Shown here one piece after another: positions 57,328-64,000 of a stretch of 64,000 nt of DNA (position 1 is its first letter; the number at the start of each line of letters is the position of its first letter). The translations under genes were made by a program, and so were the position numbers. The notes under the pieces were generated by a model that was not told the DNA's origin, did no database searches, and saw nothing but the letters and a program-made list of their open reading frames with translations. The stretch comes from Octopus bimaculoides. Taxonomy: Eukaryota. The stretch covers positions 130,113 to 194,112 of the forward strand of contig NC_069000.1 of assembly GCF_001194135.2 (NCBI RefSeq), written 5' to 3'.

Positions 57328-58671
57328 GAGAGAAAGAGAGATGATAGGAAAAGTTAAAAACTTCATTTGAACTGAGAAATTTTCTATTTCATACATTCTC
57401 AACATTGCTGGCAAAACTGAGGCCAGTTCTGATCAAGCAAACCCATAATCAATGACACTCCAGCCATAACCATCCCTTCGGTGAACATCATCAAATGTAA
57501 GCGCTCTCTATTCAAGACGGTATGGGTGTGATTTGAGTGACATTTGACAGCTGTTACTTTCAGAAGAGAAACTGTGCGGGGAGGAACTGCCTCATCCACT
57601 CACAAAGCAGAGATGCCACAGGCGCAGCTGTAGGTCTCACTGTACGGCCACCGTGAGGATTGCAGGGGCTATAATAACGTAGAGTACACAATGCATGTAT
57701 AGTACTCTCCAGTATGTACAATACTCTATGTATCTATATAATACTCTCCTGTAGGTATAATATGCTATGCTATGTATAATAAACTGTAAATGTATAAATG
57801 CTCTCCAGTGAGTTGAAATCAAAACCCCAAAATATATTTTATTCTAAAAAGAATTTAGAAAACAAAACAAAACACAGCAAAAATACTCTCCATTTTCTCT
57901 GCCTAAACCACTTGCATNNNNNNNNNNCTGACATTGTATATAACTGGTACTTTTTCTAATCTGTAACATCACTAAACTATTGGAAGCATGAGGCGGGGAT
58001 ACTATGTGGGCAGTAGATGTTTGGGAAGCAGTAGTGGACTCTTGCTCAAATTACAGTGTACCCTTTGAAAAGAAAGGAAAGATCCACAGAGTATAATGTG
58101 AGGGTCACTTGTCCAAAAAGATGGGATGCTAATGGTTGGATTGCCTTTCATGACAAGTCTTTTCAATCAGGGTCCACCTGGGGCTAAACAACAACAACCA
58201 TTAAAATATCAAAACCCAGGAAACTACAAAAGCAGTCGGTGAAAACTGCTAGAAATGGCAGTAAAATTTCCAACTTATCACATCCTTGCATCTTCAAACT
58301 GGAAGGAAAATTTGCACAAAGCAGTCCTGAGTGTAGAACCAGACAGGATGGGCCTCGGTGGAATACCTTTGGTCATAGCTGATCTGTAGCTAAACAAATC
58401 CAGGAACACAAACAAATGAGGGATTGCCTATGTAGTTACTCCAACAGCTAGAAATAGCAGCCAAATTTCTTTCCAGTGACATTTTACCATCTTAAAAACA
58501 AAAGAATTATATTTGAAGAAAAGGCAGGTTAATAATGGGTGGAATGCTTATGATCATAAGTCTTTTGGATGAGGGACTGATTGGATTGGCACTGATTTAG
58601 TATCACCACTAAATCATATTCACTAAAAAATTATTTTGCAAACTAAAAAACAAAATTATCACGAATCTTAC

Positions 58672-58714
58672 CTGAATCCAAATCTTCATATTTCTCCACC
58701 AAAGTATGGTACAT
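58672..58714 (-). CDS. CLCN3: Candidate first coding exon of ClC: MYHTLVEKYEDLDS(G)
   Basis: ATG at 58714, open 43 nt, donor CAG|GTAAGA in phase 1, matching the core exon 1 acceptor; retained CpGs upstream at about 58785-58910. Confidence 0.55.
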
Positions 58715-60359
58715 ATCAATAAGCGTCATTTTTTAAGCTTTTTTTTTTTTAAAGGTTTTCTGTTTCTGTCTTTTTTTTTACTCCCCAACGAGATCCGAGG
58801 AACAAAATTACAGGGATGTTATGAAAGAAGGGTAAGAATGCAGTGGCTGTGAAGCGAAGAAGATGTGCAGGGTTTATTATGCTGCCTCACCATCCAGAAC
58901 GAGCAGCGAGTCTCATTAAATCCAGAATCTCAGGTGGATTTGGAAAGCAGACATACCAGTAGGGTGCATGGTGGTGGTGGTGGTGGGGTGTACAGAGAAA
59001 GAAAACCCTTTGTTCTCTCTCTCTCTCTCTTTCCCCATAAATGTATGTATGACCTCAGTGAAGTGTCATTCAAGAAACTGAATACTTAACACAAAAAATC
59101 CTGTAATGTAACTGGTTGCAGGGAGGGCAATCACAGTCAAGCATGAGTAAAGACTAATGATTGATGTTGCACCTTTCGCCATTCAAATTGAAGGTTTATC
59201 CCTTGAGGTGAGGGAGAAGGGTTTGGAGACAAGATATTTTTTGCTGTCATTTACACAGAATATACATCCAAGAAATCTGAACAAGATGAAGGAATGAATA
59301 AAGGTATAATTTACAGCCAGAGCCCCGAATTTGTCCCCAGAGTTGGTCCCAAAATTCAGATCTACCAGTTCCAAACCAATACTAGGATTAAAAAAAAAAA
59401 AAGAAAAATAGTGTCAAGGCAAACAGCAAATATGTTTGCAAGGATTATGTGTTGTGGGGTTATCAGTCTGAAAGAAGGCATTAAAGAATTAGAAATGGTT
59501 TCGTCAACAATTCTTCGAAGTTGATAAGTTGTGGGGGAAAAAAAATGGGTGGAAGAGGCCATTCGCGAGAAATGTTAAGCAAATATTTTATGACAGCAAA
59601 AAGAAAAAACATTAAAGAAGAAAGGAAGAGAAAGAAGAAAATATAGAACAAAAATGAAGAGGAGAAAGATGAAGAAAAAGAAAGAAACAATGCAGGGTGG
59701 GTGGGAGTGATTAGGGTTGAGAAAATTACAAAATTTAACCAATTTCAATTAATTATAAACAACAGTTTTGTCCAGTGTGATAAGAAAATGGAGGGAAAAG
59801 AAGAAGAAGAAGAAGAAGAAGAAAAAGAAGTTCCAGTGAAAGACTTGAGTGTGAAGTTTTGAAAAAAAATAGAGAAATGAGGGCTCAGTGTGACATGGAG
59901 AAGATGTGAGAGTGTGGGAGAGGGATATTATGGGGGTAGGGGAAATGAAGGGGAATTGACATGAAATGGTATGATAGGTGATTGAGAGAGAGGATATATA
60001 TATATATATATATATATAAATATATATACACACAGCGAGAGGAGAGAGAGAGAGAAAGAGAGGGGGGTTACTGTTTGGGTTAAGTATATTTCCCTGAAGA
60101 GAATTTGTGTAATCATGTAACGATAGGGGCCTCCTGTGTGTGTGTGTGCATCAGTTGAATAAACCTGCTTCTTCCTGCTTGCTTGCTTGACTGCCAGCTC
60201 CAAGACATTTCTAGTAGTAGTAGTAGTGGTGGTGGNNNNNNNNNNNNNNNNNNNNNNNNNNNNNNNNNNNNNNNNNNNNNNNNNNNNNNNNNNNNNNNNN
60301 NNNNNNNNNNNNNNNNNNNNNNNNNNNNNNNNNNNNNNNNNNNNNNNNNNNNNNNNNNN

Positions 60360-60424
<65 letters not shown>

Positions 60425-62493
60425 TTAACAGACAGACAGATGATGGAGAAAAAGAAAGAACTGCTTCTGCCACTGACTGATCTTTGAATAAAGAATCCAG
60501 TTGTTCCCACCCCCACTGATAGATATATATTTCTACATTAAAAGAAATGTAGACCTGTTTGTAAAAGTCCGCAGCCAGACATGTAGGCTTGAATGCGTAC
60601 AAGCACACGCATGTGTGTATGGGAACGGATTGAGAGTAATATGAATCTATGAGTGAGTGACAGCTCTCTTATATGTTCATATTTATACACACACAGAGCT
60701 ATATATTTAAGAATATGCATTTTTGAGTATTTGAGAGTGTGTGTATGTGAGAAAAGAAGGGTGTGAAAATATGTTTGAGAGAGAAAGTGTAAGAATGTGT
60801 GTGTGTGTGTGGTAAAAGAATACAGGAAACTGTACAGAAGAATGGTAAGTTGAAATTTGATTTTTTTTTTTTCTTAAAGAAAATAGAAAAAAGAAGCAGA
60901 CGTTCAGAGTTAGACCCAAAATCAGAATGAAATTCATATTCTAAGAGAACAGAATAAGTATGATGGTCCACGAAACCTGATCTCAGACTCTGTGAGAGGG
61001 ACACACACACACACTTAGCTGGGGAGTGGAGGGGGTGGACAAAAACAATGATGATGATGGTTGTACAATTAAAAAAAAAAAAAAATTTACTGCTCCCCTG
61101 CCCCCACCCTCCTATATATGAACTGAATAAATTTGAAGAATTTCTATGGAAATGTTTGAAGGAACAAGTAACAAGGAAAACTACAATTTGTGGTAAACAA
61201 CTAATTGAACGATCGATACTNNNNNNNNNNNNNNNNNNNNNNNNNNNNNNNNNNNNNNNNNNNNNNNNNNNNNNNNNNNNNNNNNNNNNNNNNNNNNNNN
61301 NNNNNNNNNNNNNNNNNNNNNNNNNNNNNNNNNNNNNNNNNNNNNNNNNNNNNNNNNNNNNNNNNNNNNNNNNNNNNNNNNNNNNNNNNNNNNNNNNNNN
61401 NNNNNNNNNNNNNNNNNNNNNNNNNNNNNNNNNNNNNNNNNNNNNNNNNNNNNNNNNNNNNNNNNNNNNNNNNNNNNNNNNNNNNNNNNNNNNNNNNNNN
61501 NNNNNNNNNNNNNNNNNNNNNNNNNNNNNNNNNNNNNNNNNNNNNNNNNNNNNNNNNNNNNNNNNNNNNNNNNNNNNNNNNNNNNNNNNNNNNNNNNNNN
61601 NNNNNNNNNNNNNNNNGAAATATCACTTTGCCTATGGCATGCTAGACATCCTCTTTGTAAACCATCATCATCATCAGCTAAATACATTCTGGATTCATAT
61701 CCCACTCAGGTCAACTTTGCTTTGCATCCCTCTGGGGAAATTGGTGGAGGTGGTGGGGCCAATAAAAGAAAATATGAGCCAAGTAGTTGGGGGCGGTAGT
61801 GGAATCAATGAGTTCAACTAGCATCCTCCCCTCAAAATTGGTGGTTCTGGGGCTGAAATTCTTCTTCTTCTTCTTCTTATCATTAAAGCAGTTAAGGCAG
61901 TGAGCTGGCAGAACCATAAGCATGCTGGTAGGCAGACATGCTTAGTGGCATTTTGTTTGTCTTTATGTTCTGAGTTCAATTTCCACCAAGGTCAACTTTG
62001 CCTTTCACGCTTTCAAGGTCAATAGGAAAAGTACCAGGTGTGTACTGGGGCTGATGCAATTGACTCATTCCTTCTCCCAAAATTGCTGGCTTTGTGCCAA
62101 AACTTGAAACCATTCTTATTAAGGCAGTGAGCTGGCAGAGTTGTTAGTGTATCAGACAAAATTTGAAACAATTATTTATCATCAATGTTTCCTTTATTAA
62201 CCATCAAGTTTTGGCAAAAACATTGAGAACAGAGAAGGATGACACAGTGTAAGATGACATAAAAATGCAGGTAAAAACAGTAAAATAAGAGAAAGTACTT
62301 TCTCCTCGTCGGTCTTCAATCAACAGGTGCATGCTCAGGACAGGCCTTTCCACTCAAGCCATTTAACTATTATCATTATTGTTATTATTCTTATAAATCC
62401 TTTCTACTATAAGCACCAGGCCTGAAATTCTGGTGGACGGGGTTGGGTAGTTGATTAAATCCTCCCCAGAGTTCAACTGGTGCTTATTTCACT

Positions 62494-62530
<37 letters not shown>

Positions 62531-63269
62531 CACAAGAGCTTAACTGATAATCTAGTCCTACACCAGTAAAATAAGACATGATGGTCACAAGTGGAAATCC
62601 TTTCATCATACATCAGCTAGTTAGGGCTCAACTGATCCTAACCAACAAAACAACAATCACTGCAACAAAACAAACAAGAGTACCTCTATAGAGTCACCTA
62701 ATCTGCTAGAAATAGCAACCAAATTTACTTTTGGATAAAGTAGGGACTGACACAATGATCACAGTTTGGAACAGCACTGAGCATAGGTCTGCTCTTGATC
62801 AGGGCTTACCTAGGGTTAAATAACAACAATGGCCTCCAGCCAATGATCCATCCCTCCCACTGCCAAGTCTGAGAAGATTTTACTGTAAAAAATTTCAGTC
62901 TTGTGAAGGACAGAAATGAGCATCATTACAAAATCGATATAAGTAGTTAACAACAACATATTGAGATAAAGAAGCTAATATGAGAGGAGGAGAGAGAGGG
63001 GGGGGGGTGAGACAGGTGGTGTGTCTACCCAGCTCCTTACCTATCAACAGTTATTAATAAGAAACAATCAATAACCACTCGTTCAAGTGTCTCCGATGCA
63101 AATTTACTATTTATTTTGCATATTACAATAATTGTCTCAACGCTTTTGACAGGGTCTCTTGCCCCCCCCCCTTCATCTGGTGGTCAATGCAGAAGCTAGG
63201 GTAGGTCAGTAGGTGGGGAGAACTGCCCAAGCCATGGACAGAGATGCAGTCAGTAAGGTGAAAGTCAGC

Positions 63270-63510
63270 AATGAGTAGAGGAAAGGTATTTAGTGTACAG
63301 GTAGGAGTTCACCACCAACGACTGGTTCTTGATCCCCTCTTGTTTAACAGAGGCCATAACAGAGGAATTTCAAAATGGTTGCCAATGGGAGCTCTTCTAT
63401 GCTGATGACCTTATGCCTACAGCTGAATTAGGATTAGACAAAAACTTTCAGGTGCGGAAGCAAGGACTGGAATCAAAAACCTTAGAGTTAGGTTAGTAAG
63501 ACCAAAACAG
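63270..63510 (+). mobile_element. RTE RT fragment
   Basis: VGVHHQ...EEFQNGCQWELFYADDL; same family as 755-1990. Confidence 0.8.
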
Positions 63511-63941
63511 GGATGAATCACTAGCCCCTTCTGGTGCCATGCCCCAAATCAGCTTTGGCTTGGTTTCCACAGTTTAATGTCCTTCCTAATGCCAACCACT
63601 TTACAATGCGTAGTTGATGCTTCTTTCTTGGCACCAGCCTTAGTGGGGGGTGGCCAAGTAATTTGGAAGGCAAGAAAAGGAAGTATTTGAGAGGGTGGAG
63701 AGAGATGGTGTTATGCTAGGGACAAACAAAGGTGTTTTGGTATAGAGAAGGTACCTGGCTACTGAGATCTGAACTTTGATTAAATCCAAACACTCTATTC
63801 TAAATTCATTACTAAACTTGTGGTTAACTCTCAACTTACTGCCCCCCCTCCCTATACAGGGCTCATATGGCTTTTATGAGCCATTTGTCTACCCTTAGCT
63901 TCCTTAAAGGCCATCATACATATACATGTACATATATAGAT

Positions 63942-64000
<59 letters not shown>

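Noticed and set aside
57551-57640. Plus-frame peptide LCGEELPHPLTKQRCHRRSC resembling a thrombospondin-repeat end
   Set aside because: No good donor, no companion exons, and a stop immediately upstream; the resemblance is too weak.

Overview
AT-rich, CpG-depleted, microsatellite- and TE-rich animal DNA with eight N-gaps. The repeat families look like those of Octopus (recognised from memory, not searched). The window is dominated by one minus-strand, intron-rich gene for a ClC-3/4/5-subfamily 2Cl-/H+ exchanger. I traced 19 core coding exons from 44029 down to the stop at 330 with consistent GT-AG phases. They total 2261 nt, giving 748 aa from an internal Met at 44015 or 767 aa with a candidate first exon at 58672-58714. 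The most interesting features are in its splicing: (i) a GT-AG U12-type (minor spliceosome) intron at 20736-23976; (ii) a frame-preserving 24-nt microexon candidate with a neural-type UGC/long pyrimidine-tract acceptor at 15410-15433, plus an apparently paralogous 36-nt candidate at 14228-14263, both inserting at the start of CBS1; (iii) several candidate alternative first exons, two with YxxPhi sorting motifs. The introns hold decayed RTE, CR1-like, Penelope-like, R4/Dong-like, Helitron and Tc1/mariner elements. These include a 5'-inverted RTE, a DD36E Tc1 and a perfect-TIR MITE. No CRISPR, rRNA or tRNA gene, or second confident protein-coding gene was seen. All alternative-exon calls are sequence-only predictions that need transcript data.
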